Virus record (IMG/VR): IMGVR_UViG_3300037010_000760 | Coordinates: 4,422-68,421 of that record | DNA from: a virus | Direction: 5' to 3' (one strand) | Length of the DNA: 64,000 nt | Shown here: piece by piece, positions 31,735 through 40,594 of the stretch | Layout of the letters: every line of letters starts with the position of its first letter | Position numbering within the stretch: position 1 is the first letter of the stretch | Made by a program: the position numbers and the translations under genes | Notes under the pieces: model-generated | What the model saw: only the letters and a program-made list of their open reading frames with translations | Told to the model about the DNA's origin: nothing | Database searches by the model: none

Positions 31735-32849
31735 CTCGGTATGTGAATTATTTTTCCAAATTCCACTTGAGCAGTGGGGTTGTTCACTACTACCCAGATA
31801 ATTGGAATAGGCTTATCCAATTTTCTCATACTTGGGCAGTACAAATCAGAAAATATGATTGCAGCCGTTGGCATAGTCTCTTGAATATGCTCACGTACTT
31901 TAATCAATGATGTTCCGCCTCTACCTACAACAGTCAGTTTGTCAAACCGATCATTTGGGGTAAAAACATCTACTTTTTTGATAGTGGTATCAAATTGTAC
32001 CACTGTAAGTTTCTCTGGATTGAATGTTTCTTTGATGTATTTAACTTCAGAATTAAATCTCATAATTTCTGAATCAGTTACTGATCCTGATACATCAAAA
32101 TAATAATTAATACTCTCCAGTCTTGATTCATTCAACTGAATAGATGGTAGGTACATATCTTGATAGCGTCTATTAGGTCTTCTCCAAGAATGATCTTCTT
32201 CAATTAAGGCACTGAAGAATTGAAACAATAATGTCTGCCAAGGAACAATAGGTTTCAGAAACTTATCAATTAAATGATCTACATCTATACTTAATGTTCC
32301 AGCATCTTTATTATTTTTGCTCTGGTGTACAGCACGTATTACGTTATTAACGATTTCATGCTGTTCTGATTTACTTATTTCTTTAAGATCGCACTCTCCA
32401 TCTTCATCTTTCCAAGATGGATTAGGCATTTCTATGCTGTTTTGAATAATGTCATTGTAAATGTCTTCTTCTGCCATTACAGAGTATTGCTGATTAATAC
32501 AAGGCTTAGTACCATCAAATGTATAGCCATCATTTTCTAAGGCATTGTTAATAGAAATATCACAAGCTTGATTCCATTCCTTGTGTCTTTTACCCTCTGC
32601 ACGAATCATATGCAGTTTAGCTACATGCCATAACTCATGTACCAATACTGTTTTTCGTGTATCTTCTGATAATGAGAGAAACCAAGTAGGATTCCACCTC
32701 AATGATTTACCATTGGTAGATGCCGTTCCGGTCTCCTCACACCATATAAAGTCAAGAGAGCACATAATAGAACCAAGAATAGAAGCATTACTTCCAAGAA
32801 ATACTTGTGATTTGGTCTTATCAAGCAACCTACTCAGATCGGTATTCAT
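31731..32849 (-). CDS. HExxH metallopeptidase-like / vWA domain protein (N4 gp25-like)
   Basis: 'VHELWHV', 'SWRRPNRR', MIDAS 'DVSGSV', 'GRGGT'. Confidence 0.88.
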   Translation of the reverse strand: MNTDLSRLLDKTKSQVFLGSNASILGSIMCSLDFIWCEETGTASTNGKSLRWNPTWFLSLSEDTRKTVLVHELWHVAKLHMIRAEGKRHKEWNQACDISINNALENDGYTFDGTKPCINQQYSVMAEEDIYNDIIQNSIEMPNPSWKDEDGECDLKEISKSEQHEIVNNVIRAVHQSKNNKDAGTLSIDVDHLIDKFLKPIVPWQTLLFQFFSALIEEDHSWRRPNRRYQDMYLPSIQLNESRLESINYYFDVSGSVTDSEIMRFNSEVKYIKETFNPEKLTVVQFDTTIKKVDVFTPNDRFDKLTVVGRGGTSLIKVREHIQETMPTAAIIFSDLYCPSMRKLDKPIPIIWVVVNNPTAQVEFGKIIHIPR

Positions 32850-33037
32850 TTTGACTCTTTAGCCAACTCTGCCCAAACCAATCCCATGCTGCGTTTTTTA
32901 GGCTTAAAGTGCTCCACAGCCTTTTGTTTTGCAGCAGCTAGGGAAGAGGCATATAAGCCTATCTTCTTACCCTCAAAGCCAGCAACATAAGGTTTATCAA
33001 TTGGGCCACGTTGGTTGATAGGTGTTGGGTTAGGCAT
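32846..33037 (-). CDS. small basic hypothetical protein
   Basis: 63 aa from ATG 33037; overlaps both neighbours. Confidence 0.6.
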   Translation of the reverse strand: MPNPTPINQRGPIDKPYVAGFEGKKIGLYASSLAAAKQKAVEHFKPKKRSMGLVWAELAKESK

Positions 33038-34070
33038 ATAAGTATTTGGACATTTCGCCCATAGTTGAAACAAATGCTTTGTGGTGACGCAATTCTGGTT
33101 TTCTTACCATAATTGATCGGAAGAATAGTACACGAAAATCCATAGAAAACCGTGATACATATACTGACAACTTATCAAAGTTGCTTTCATCTAGCATCTC
33201 CATCATATGTGTCATCACTGCCCACTTAGTAGCAGCGTCATATGGGACTGGACACATTTGAGGATTAGCAAGAATATCACGAATGTTAACCATTGTGGCG
33301 TACACTTTAGTAAACTGAATAAAGTCTACAGCAACGCCACTGGTAATAGTTCCACTATACAAGGAAGCCTTGGCTTCTGTAACATCCTTTTTATGAATAA
33401 GGCTATTCATGAACTCCCATGTGCGCGGGCAACAGAATGTTTTTTCGTTATGATCTGGGTTGAAGTCCATCAATTTATTTGGATACTGGCTCAAGTAAGC
33501 AATGATACGAGAATCATAGTTTTCCTTTAGTGCTACATCTAACAGCCACTCAGTAAAATTGATTTCCATTTGTAGGTGAATCACACGAGACTGCATAGCT
33601 GTGCTAATTGGATTGGTAATCGCCTTATCCGTTGAGAGGTTACCAGCAGCGCATATGAGCACATTTTCATGTAGAGGCACCTGTCCAGTCATCCTATCCA
33701 GAATGAGCTTGTAGCAGGCTGCTTGCACCCCTCGGCTAGCAGAATTGAACTCATCCAAAAAGAGAATCCACCCATCTTTTCCTTCGGGTAGTGGGGTTCC
33801 AGCAGTAGGAAACAACTCAGCGAATGGTACAAATTGTGCATAACCCTTCTCATTAAATTTAGGTAAGCCGCTAAGGTCTTCTGGGGCAGATGTGCTCAAG
33901 CGATGATCTATCAAATGCAGATTACACTCTTTAGCAATTTGCTTAACAATGCTTGATTTACCCATGCCAGGGGATGATTGTATGTACGGAACTAGTCCAG
34001 CCTCAAAACACTCAATAATATGTGATTTGACTTGTCTGGGCGTACTACGGTATAGACTATCAACGCTCAT
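33030..34070 (-). CDS. MoxR-like AAA+ ATPase (N4 gp24-like)
   Basis: 'SSPGMGKS', 'LFLDEFN', 'AAGN', 'PRTW'; partner of the vWA protein. Confidence 0.9.
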   Translation of the reverse strand: MSVDSLYRSTPRQVKSHIIECFEAGLVPYIQSSPGMGKSSIVKQIAKECNLHLIDHRLSTSAPEDLSGLPKFNEKGYAQFVPFAELFPTAGTPLPEGKDGWILFLDEFNSASRGVQAACYKLILDRMTGQVPLHENVLICAAGNLSTDKAITNPISTAMQSRVIHLQMEINFTEWLLDVALKENYDSRIIAYLSQYPNKLMDFNPDHNEKTFCCPRTWEFMNSLIHKKDVTEAKASLYSGTITSGVAVDFIQFTKVYATMVNIRDILANPQMCPVPYDAATKWAVMTHMMEMLDESNFDKLSVYVSRFSMDFRVLFFRSIMVRKPELRHHKAFVSTMGEMSKYLYA

Positions 34071-34395
34071 AGTGCAACTCTGGGGTTAGTGGCTCAACAG
34101 TTATATGGCACTCTGTAATGCCACCTTTAAAATCTACACAAAGCAGATCCAAAATATTTACTACAGTCTCAGCCAATGACCTGCAAGATTTATGTGATCT
34201 GTCGTGGTCAACAATCTTGATAGTCTTGCCAGGGTTAGCTAATGCTTCATTAATGATCTTTATGGCAATACGTGTACTCTTACCTGTATAGCGATCAGTA
34301 CGAAAGAATTTATTGTTCTCATCGTACATCTTACGAATTAACTCATCCTCTGGAAGTAAACCAGTAGTTTTACTTACTTCTATATCGTTATTCAT
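34060..34395 (-). CDS. hypothetical protein (P-loop-like 'RYTGKSTR')
   Basis: ORF with SD in an operon; function unknown. Confidence 0.6.
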   Translation of the reverse strand: MNNDIEVSKTTGLLPEDELIRKMYDENNKFFRTDRYTGKSTRIAIKIINEALANPGKTIKIVDHDRSHKSCRSLAETVVNILDLLCVDFKGGITECHITVEPLTPELHYER

Positions 34396-34409
34396 GTATG
34401 AATTCCTGT

Positions 34410-34886
34410 TTAGTAGACAACTTCAGTAAGTTGATCTGTCAAATACATATTTATGCCACTATTCTGAGATAACAAGGTAATATTGTCATCTGAGTGTAGT
34501 ACAGTAGATTTAGCACCATTTAATGTAACTACATCTCCCCCTTTCAGTTTGACGAATCTTCGTGGTATAAAAAATCCATCTCCTTGACCTAATCTGTCAA
34601 CAGTAAATAAGATATTTCCTCTATCCATACTTACTTGTGTAAATTGTAGTTTGTCGTCTCCAACCAAACCATCAAAGTAAACGTAGTTTGATTTACCACA
34701 TTCTTCAATGGCTAAATAACTTTCATTCACCTCATAAGGGCAGTCGTAATAGTCAATGATTTTTTCTAAAAATACAGCTTCTGTATTCATACTTCGCATA
34801 ATCATCTCTTGATCTGCACTATCAGGATAGTCTGCTCGTGTTAGGCAGTAAAACCAGTCTTCTTCTGATTTAACAAAAAGAGTCAT
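34410..34886 (-). CDS. hypothetical protein
   Basis: ORF coupled to the upstream gene. Confidence 0.6.
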   Translation of the reverse strand: MTLFVKSEEDWFYCLTRADYPDSADQEMIMRSMNTEAVFLEKIIDYYDCPYEVNESYLAIEECGKSNYVYFDGLVGDDKLQFTQVSMDRGNILFTVDRLGQGDGFFIPRRFVKLKGGDVVTLNGAKSTVLHSDDNITLLSQNSGINMYLTDQLTEVVY

Positions 34887-35098
34887 AATGTAAAATCCAT
34901 TAAGTTAATGATAATAGCCAGAACCAAAACAAAGAGAGCTATCCCCTGAATAGCAAATAGCACTTTATCTATCCTATCGTTTTCTAACATCTGTTGATGT
35001 GCTGGGCAGTTGTAGCTATCATTGCAACCATAGTCACAACAGTTTTGGTTGTACTTGTTAGACTTGGCTTGACAGTCTTTATCCGATTTAATAGTCAT
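34883..35098 (-). CDS. small Cys-rich membrane-anchored protein
   Basis: AGGAG SD; 'NCCDYGCNDSYNCPAH' followed by a C-terminal transmembrane helix. Confidence 0.65.
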   Translation of the reverse strand: MTIKSDKDCQAKSNKYNQNCCDYGCNDSYNCPAHQQMLENDRIDKVLFAIQGIALFVLVLAIIINLMDFTL

Positions 35099-35307
35099 TA
35101 GTTCTCCTAATTGAAAATGGCGTCACAATAAGCAGTGTTTCTTTTTGTCTTGACATTAGATAACATAATGTTTGTTTAGGCGCTAACCCTAAACCGCCAT
35201 TAAGATAACATATTACCATGTCTACCTGTTGATATGATATATGCAATATACTAACTTAATGTCTCTATCAATAGAGCTATACTATTTAGTTACCTCAAAA
35301 AAAAAAA

Positions 35308-35335
35308 TAGCCCCTACTATTTCTAGTAGGGGCTA
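35308..35335 (-). terminator. intrinsic terminator downstream of the tRNA cluster
   Basis: TAGCCCCTACTA-TTTC-TAGTAGGGGCTA (GAAA loop on the - strand) followed by a long U-tract. Confidence 0.85.
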
Positions 35336-35371
35336 ATAAAAGACTGCTTTCATACAGTCTAAGGGAGGAAA

Positions 35372-35455
35372 TGGTGCAAGAAACGGGAGTCGAACCCGTA
35401 TACCATAAGGCGCTGAATTTTAAGTTCAGTGTGTATACCTTTCCACCATTCTTGC
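35372..35455 (-). tRNA. tRNA-Leu(TAA)
   Basis: GCAAGAA acceptor, CTGAA-CT-TAA-AA-TTCAG anticodon arm, long variable arm, GGTTCGACTCC, CCA end. Confidence 0.93.
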
Positions 35456-35529
35456 GTTTAACTATGTTTATTTATAGAACCAATATTGGTTCGTATTAAA
35501 TATGTATTTTTTGAAAAAGAAAAACACAG

Positions 35530-35562
35530 ATCACACCACATGTATTATGCATGTGGTGTGAT
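35530..35562 (-). terminator. 13-bp perfect hairpin / probable terminator
   Basis: ATCACACCACATG-N7-CATGTGGTGTGAT followed by a U-rich tract on the - strand. Confidence 0.65.
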
Positions 35563-35586
35563 GGCCAATATAGTAAAAATATTACT

Positions 35587-35845
35587 GGGTTTATTGGCGG
35601 GAATATAAATCAAGACGGTGATGAGTTGTCCCAATCTATACCCCGATCAGATGGCCGTAGTAGATCATCCCTGGGCGAAGATATCTATAGACTAATATAT
35701 ATAGTCTAACAAGTATCTTACTGCTGCCCTTCTTAGGCGGAGATAAAGCCCGCCAATACTCAGATGGGTACATCATTCCCATCAAACTTTTTAAACTCTC
35801 CCAGATGGGGAGTGTAGGTATTAAATTCATCAAAAACATAAACCC
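35587..35845 (-). ncRNA. candidate ~260-nt structured ncRNA in the tRNA cluster
   Basis: Nested inverted repeats GGGTTTAT/ATAAACCC, TATTGGCGGG/CCCGCCAATA, GGGC/GCCC, AAGATA/TATCTT, TAGACTA/TAGTCTA, plus two short hairpins. Confidence 0.5.
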
Positions 35846-35870
35846 CCCTTTCATGGAAGTGTATTTTAAT

Positions 35871-35947
35871 TGGCCTGCCCGGAGAGATTCGAACTCCCAA
35901 CCTACTATATAGAAGACAGCAGCTCTATCCAATTGAGCTACGGGCAG
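35871..35947 (-). tRNA. tRNA-Arg(TCT)
   Basis: CTGCCCG acceptor, GCTC/GAGC D-arm, CT-TCT-AT anticodon loop, GTTCGAATC, CCA end. Confidence 0.92.
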
Positions 35948-35955
35948 ATTTTGTA

Positions 35956-36031
35956 TGGTGCCATGTGTGGGATTTGAACCTACGATCCCTGAATTATGAG
36001 TTCAGTGCCTTAACCGCTTGGCTAACATGGC
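35956..36031 (-). tRNA. tRNA with CAT anticodon (elongator Met or Ile2)
   Basis: GCCATGT/ACATGGC acceptor, CTGAA-CT-CAT-AA-TTCAG, GGTTCAAATCC, CCA end; no initiator features. Confidence 0.9.
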
Positions 36032-36034
36032 AGA

Positions 36035-36118
36035 TGGTGGTTGATCTTTCCTATAAGCAGGATTTCTTAAGGAGACTTCTAACCACTTGGTAGCTAACAC
36101 CAAGCAGATCAACCACCA
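36035..36118 (-). ncRNA. 84-nt multibranch RNA ending in ACCA
   Basis: 13-bp closing stem TGGTGGTTGATCT/AGATCAACCACCA enclosing two hairpins; ends 3 nt before tRNA-CAT. Confidence 0.45.
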
Positions 36119-36152
36119 AAAAAAGAACTAACCCTGTTGAGCCAGTTTTTAC

Positions 36153-36236
36153 TGAACCCCTAGAGTGGAGTTGAACCACTATCTTGCCGTTTTGTATTCT
36201 AGCGACATTGCTCTATCCGCTTTGAGCTACTAGGGA
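36153..36236 (-). tRNA. atypical tRNA-like gene (13-nt anticodon loop, TCA instead of CCA)
   Basis: TCCCTAG/CTAGGGG acceptor, GCTC/GAGC D-arm, TGTCG/CGGCA stem with loop CTAGAATACAAAA, T-arm AGTGG-TTCAACT-CCACT. Confidence 0.7.
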
Positions 36237-36311
36237 TAACTGTAAAGTATAGATACTTGTTAGTACCTATAGTTTACAGCAGCATTTTGTAGATGCTACT
36301 GTTGTTGCTGA

Positions 36312-36683
36312 TTACTCAGTAGTTTCAGCAACTGAATCTGATTCGTCTTCAGTAACCAAATCAGATTGCGTTTCAGCAACCTCTTTTTCCTTTGGTTCCT
36401 TGGCTGCCAAGCACCATACGCCCATAATGTCCTGATCTAGTTCCTCGTCTCTATACACGCGGACGAGGAAGCGACGGTCATCCTTGGTACGACGTTTGTA
36501 GATGGCAATTGCTGAACTCAGTCGAGCAATGGCTTTCTTGGCATCCTTACCAAATTCATTGGTCAGATCGGAGTCGCCAACTTTCATGCTAGCGAAGTCG
36601 TACTTCGATTTGCGCGGAGCGGCATTGGGATTGACGGTACGACGGGTCTTGGGCAGAGGGGCTTGTGTGCGAACAAATTGCAT
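36312..36683 (-). CDS. small basic putative DNA-binding protein with acidic tail
   Basis: 'RKSKYDFASMKVGDS...FLVRV...GVWC' resembles a widespread small phage family. Confidence 0.65.
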   Translation of the reverse strand: MQFVRTQAPLPKTRRTVNPNAAPRKSKYDFASMKVGDSDLTNEFGKDAKKAIARLSSAIAIYKRRTKDDRRFLVRVYRDEELDQDIMGVWCLAAKEPKEKEVAETQSDLVTEDESDSVAETTE

Positions 36684-36790
36684 GATAGTTTCCTAGTTGG
36701 TTAGTTTAAGTAGCATCTTGCTACTGGTCTAGAGTATATAACCAAATTTGGTTCAGAACCAAAAAAAGAAAATATTTACTAATTTTTTGA

Positions 36791-37207
36791 TCAGTAGGCT
36801 TTGCCTCCGGTAGCTTCACGGGCTTCAGGCTTATGGTCAGGACGTTTTGCGTTATAGGCTAACTTTTCTGAAATGGCGCCACCAATATCAAACTGCATAG
36901 CACCTGCCAAATCCATGATGCGAATAACTGCATCGGCTAATTCCACTTCTAGCATAGTACGGTTAGGTAGCTTGTCATCCATCAAGCCTTTGCGGTGTCC
37001 CTCCATACCTTCACTGATTTCACTGTGTACTAGGCACAACTTCTGTGCTACTAGAGCAGCAGCAAGAAGCTCTTGGGAAGCATCTGCTGGTTTACTAATT
37101 ACAGATGCTAGATCAAGACCTGTTTTATTGTCCGACCACCAGCCAGCTTTATATGCTGCTTTATGGCACACGTAGGACAGAGCGTTCATGTTAATCTTGA
37201 TACCCAT
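36791..37207 (-). CDS. MazG-like nucleotide pyrophosphohydrolase
   Basis: 'LCLVHSEISEGMEGHRK', 'EVELADAVIRIMDLA', 'KLAYNAKR'. Confidence 0.85.
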   Translation of the reverse strand: MGIKINMNALSYVCHKAAYKAGWWSDNKTGLDLASVISKPADASQELLAAALVAQKLCLVHSEISEGMEGHRKGLMDDKLPNRTMLEVELADAVIRIMDLAGAMQFDIGGAISEKLAYNAKRPDHKPEAREATGGKAY

Positions 37208-37372
37208 TACCTATCTCCAATTACTTTTGTTAAAGAAAAATGTACTTCTGTTGTGGAGATGTAACTATCATCTACAGCTTTTACAAGATATTTTTCTAGA
37301 TATCTTTTGTGAAAACAACAGGCAACACCCCAAAAAAAGAGATACGAGTTTCCATGACTATCTCAGAAAAAA

Positions 37373-37400
37373 ATTAACTACTCCATGTGGAGTAGTTAAT
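37373..37400 (-). terminator. intrinsic terminator after the RNAPII genes
   Basis: ATTAACTACTCCA-TG-TGGAGTAGTTAAT plus A-run. Confidence 0.8.
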
Positions 37401-37403
37401 TGG

Positions 37404-38603
37404 TTAGCTTAAAGCGTACTCTGCTTCAAGTATGTCATCATACATGTTAGGATTTACCTTACCCAACTGCACCTTTCTGCCAAGAACTTGACTCATCATC
37501 ACGCTGAGAATCTCACTTCTAGAGATCAGAGCAAGCTGTAAGTTGTATTGCTTACGCATGTCATTAGCATACTTAGGCAAACAACGAAAACAATCGTGGA
37601 TAGACATGATTTGAAATGGCTCATCAGGCAAGCTATTAATCAGTTCCATCAAAACACCAACATCAATTAGATCAATGTTGTATTCTTCAATGTAATCAAG
37701 AATCCTTGCACTGAGATAACCAGTAGCCTCATAGTGTGACCACAAAGTTCTGACCATATCAGTATTTTCATTCTCAACCATACAAATAGCAAAGTCTCTA
37801 AGAGCAATGTCCTTTACCTTAGCAACCTTAGCAGCATTGTAGCTACAGCGGCGAGACATTTCACGTACAATCATGCCATCCAAAGAATGAATAGTATTAG
37901 CACCTAAAGAACGACCTTGCTCAGTGGGTTTATTTACCTTACGGTATGTAGTGAATGGTTCATTAAAGAAGTTAACATGCTCCGCAACATGATCAATAAT
38001 CTTTATATGCACATGGTAGTTATCGGCCATAACCCAGTCATAGCTTAGAGCCGTGGAATTCCAACACCCAGGCATAGCTTCATTCAATTCCCACGCAGCA
38101 GGAGCCATTTCACGCATCACAGCGATAAATGTGTCTAGCAAGGGGCCAGCACCAAACACCCTTTTTGGAACTGCTGTGGAGCCGTATAAGGCCGACATAA
38201 TTGCCTCCTTGACCATCGAACGCTGAATCTTAGCTACTTCACCTATTCGATTACACATGATGTTATAGATGCCTGTGTAGGCATCTTCACGTTTACCTGT
38301 GTTGACCACATTACAAAGTTTGGCAGCAGACTCATCTCCAGTCAGCACAGCAAGTAGCTGGAATCCTGAAGATGTAGCATCCAGTGATACAGGATAACCT
38401 GATGGTTTTCCCTGTAGCATACTATTCCAAGCTGTCAACCCTGCGAAAAACAATGCAGGGTTTTCAGCACTGTCAATCAAGCCCACTAACTTGTCTTCAT
38501 TGGCATCAAACCAATCAATACGTTCTTCCCAAGTGGATTTATCCAACCCATACTGTGAAGCAATATCAATTTTGAGATACTCTCGTGCTGTGAATTCTTT
38601 CAT
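37404..38603 (-). CDS. RNA polymerase II subunit B (N4 gp16-like)
   Basis: 'YLKIDIASQYGLDK', motif A 'LDATSSGFQ', B 'RSMVKEAIMSALYGS', C 'SIHDCF'. Confidence 0.93.
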   Translation of the reverse strand: MKEFTAREYLKIDIASQYGLDKSTWEERIDWFDANEDKLVGLIDSAENPALFFAGLTAWNSMLQGKPSGYPVSLDATSSGFQLLAVLTGDESAAKLCNVVNTGKREDAYTGIYNIMCNRIGEVAKIQRSMVKEAIMSALYGSTAVPKRVFGAGPLLDTFIAVMREMAPAAWELNEAMPGCWNSTALSYDWVMADNYHVHIKIIDHVAEHVNFFNEPFTTYRKVNKPTEQGRSLGANTIHSLDGMIVREMSRRCSYNAAKVAKVKDIALRDFAICMVENENTDMVRTLWSHYEATGYLSARILDYIEEYNIDLIDVGVLMELINSLPDEPFQIMSIHDCFRCLPKYANDMRKQYNLQLALISRSEILSVMMSQVLGRKVQLGKVNPNMYDDILEAEYALS

Positions 38604-38696
38604 TGGTTCCTCTTATCATGAATTTACTTTATAGCGACTCTCTTCCAATATATACAGCTCCTAGTGGTGCTGTATTATGGTGCTTGTTTTGAGCTT

Positions 38697-39509
38697 CTAT
38701 TCAATTAACTCCTTTTGTGCAAACTCTACACATGCTTTATTCCAAGCAGTTCCTTGATAGTTGACGTGATAGCCCTGGCAGTATGTCCTGCCTCGTTTGT
38801 CATAACGATGCGTCAGATAAAACACATTAGTTACGCCAGTAATCAGCTTAATGACATGCTTTGCTGATTTATCATATTTCTCAAAAGCTCGTTTACGCTT
38901 TTCAAACTCTTGATGGGTCTCTCCTTCCTTTAACTTATCAAGGTTTCTCCACTGATTACGGATGAATGTAACTACATCCATATTCAGAGAGAAAGTAACT
39001 TGATTGAGTCTGTTGATATGATCAAGACATACATCATCATCATGATGATTGTCTCGCAGAATGATAGATAATTTACCATTGTAGTAGCCAGTACCTTTAT
39101 TGTTCTCGATCAATCGTGGTCTGACTACCATAGGTAGTGGATATTGATATCTATCCAAGTCCTCTTGGACTTGTGCAGTTAAGATAAACCGCACAATAAA
39201 TATCTTCAAATCCACATTCCATTCAACAATGCCCACGTCAGCGCAATTCATTAACTCATTTGCTACTTCTTGGGCAGTTTTGAAGTGATTTCGCATAATC
39301 CCCATCAAAGTTGGAAAATCACATCTTTTATGCAGCGCCATCTGTACTAGCACATCAATGCCAAATTTCACATCTATACCAAGTCTATCCAAATATTCAT
39401 GGAAGTCAAATTCTTTACATTCTACGAACTCCTTTCTTACTCGTGGTAGAAGTTCGTTTTTACTCAACAGCTCTTCAAATGCTAACTGAGCAGCTAATAG
39501 GTTCGCCAT
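38697..39509 (-). CDS. RNA polymerase II subunit A (N4 gp15-like)
   Basis: 'YPLPMVVRP', 'YDKRGRTYCQGYHVNYQG'. Confidence 0.93.
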   Translation of the reverse strand: MANLLAAQLAFEELLSKNELLPRVRKEFVECKEFDFHEYLDRLGIDVKFGIDVLVQMALHKRCDFPTLMGIMRNHFKTAQEVANELMNCADVGIVEWNVDLKIFIVRFILTAQVQEDLDRYQYPLPMVVRPRLIENNKGTGYYNGKLSIILRDNHHDDDVCLDHINRLNQVTFSLNMDVVTFIRNQWRNLDKLKEGETHQEFEKRKRAFEKYDKSAKHVIKLITGVTNVFYLTHRYDKRGRTYCQGYHVNYQGTAWNKACVEFAQKELIE

Positions 39510-39675
39510 AAATTGTCTCCTTAACTGTCGTTACTTGCTTCACTAACACCATTTCAGACAAAGCATTACCATGCTTTTCTTTCTGTTTCCTATACCATTC
39601 TCGTGCCTTCTCTTCTTCAAAGAATTTCATAGCAGTTGCACCACGAGAAGTGCGGTAGAAAAATTCAACTTTCAT
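39475..39675 (-). CDS. hypothetical early protein
   Basis: Overlapping ORF in the early operon. Confidence 0.55.
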   Translation of the reverse strand: MKVEFFYRTSRGATAMKFFEEEKAREWYRKQKEKHGNALSEMVLVKQVTTVKETIYGEPISCSVSI

Positions 39676-40051
39676 ACGTACCCCAATACTTGTTGTAGTC
39701 GCCGATCCAAGGCTGCCAATCTAAATCAAATTCTACATTCTTCGTAGCTCCTCGGAACAAGGGAGCAATATCTCTATCTTTAAAGCCAGCTAGTCCACAT
39801 CCAATTCGTGTAACTCGGAATGTAATCTTTCTATGTCCCGCTGCATAAGCTAAGAAGCCATTCACATAAAGATGAATGTTATTTATTGGCAATGCTTCAA
39901 TTGCATCATCCTTAGTAGGAATAGCAAAACTTTTTCCGTAATGCCCATAGGATTTACCCCAGATAGCACCATGTTTTTCCATTGCTGTCTTTGCAGCACC
40001 AGCAGCGTGTAGGCCAGCTTCATTGCTACCAAATACAAATACAATAGTCAT
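39665..40051 (-). CDS. macrodomain-like protein (TARG1/DarG-like motif)
   Basis: 'VFVFGSNEAGLHAAGAA', 'FAIPTK', 'VTRIGCGLAG'. Confidence 0.7.
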   Translation of the reverse strand: MTIVFVFGSNEAGLHAAGAAKTAMEKHGAIWGKSYGHYGKSFAIPTKDDAIEALPINNIHLYVNGFLAYAAGHRKITFRVTRIGCGLAGFKDRDIAPLFRGATKNVEFDLDWQPWIGDYNKYWGTYES

Positions 40052-40272
40052 ATCTTGCTCCTTATCTCAGTTAATCTAACAAGCCTAACTTCAGCAGAAC
40101 TAAAGTTATAGATGTAGGCGTTATACGCCTCCTCTAAAAGAGGATGTTGTTTTGATTGGTTCACAATATTCGCATGTTGTCTATGTCCTTCTTGATATGC
40201 GTAATACCAATCAAATGTATTTAACTGATGTACGAACTTATCAAAGTCCGTAGTAGTTAATTCAGCTATCAT
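40048..40272 (-). CDS. hypothetical early protein
   Basis: 'LNTFDWYYAY'; coupled ORF. Confidence 0.6.
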   Translation of the reverse strand: MIAELTTTDFDKFVHQLNTFDWYYAYQEGHRQHANIVNQSKQHPLLEEAYNAYIYNFSSAEVRLVRLTEIRSKI

Positions 40273-40594
40273 TTACAGTTACCATATCACCGAAATCATC
40301 AACTACTAGCTTGCCTTGTGCAATTGCTTCCATAAATGCCTTTCGTTTTGGATTAAGGTGTTTAGCAGTATCCTTTATAGATAATGCTACTGATCTATCA
40401 AAAGGTAGATCAAAAGTTCCATAACAACGAAGTAACTCATATTTCAATTCCATTGAATGTATCGAATACTGCCTACAGTACGATGTAAAATTTGAGCACA
40501 ATCCTTCGTAATCTGGAACTATCAAGTTCCCTACATTATTTAAATCAGAAACTGCTTTTAACCACTCTTTAGCGAACTCTTTCAATAAGGACAT
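40262..40594 (-). CDS. hypothetical early protein (paralog-like to 40747-41043)
   Basis: 'EWL..GLCSNF..LPFD..HLNPKRKAF' pattern. Confidence 0.6.
   Translation of the reverse strand: MSLLKEFAKEWLKAVSDLNNVGNLIVPDYEGLCSNFTSYCRQYSIHSMELKYELLRCYGTFDLPFDRSVALSIKDTAKHLNPKRKAFMEAIAQGKLVVDDFGDMVTVNDS

Noticed and set aside
35587-35870. tmRNA or RNase P identity for the structured RNA
   Set aside because: No T-arm/CCA end or tag frame, and no GAGGAAAGUCC-type core.
35636-35932. 98-aa ORF on the - strand in the tRNA cluster
   Set aside because: It starts inside tRNA-Arg and runs through the nested inverted repeats with no recognisable protein features; better explained as RNA.
36035-36118. Hammerhead ribozyme
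   Set aside because: A three-stem layout is present but the CUGANGA core is absent on both strands.
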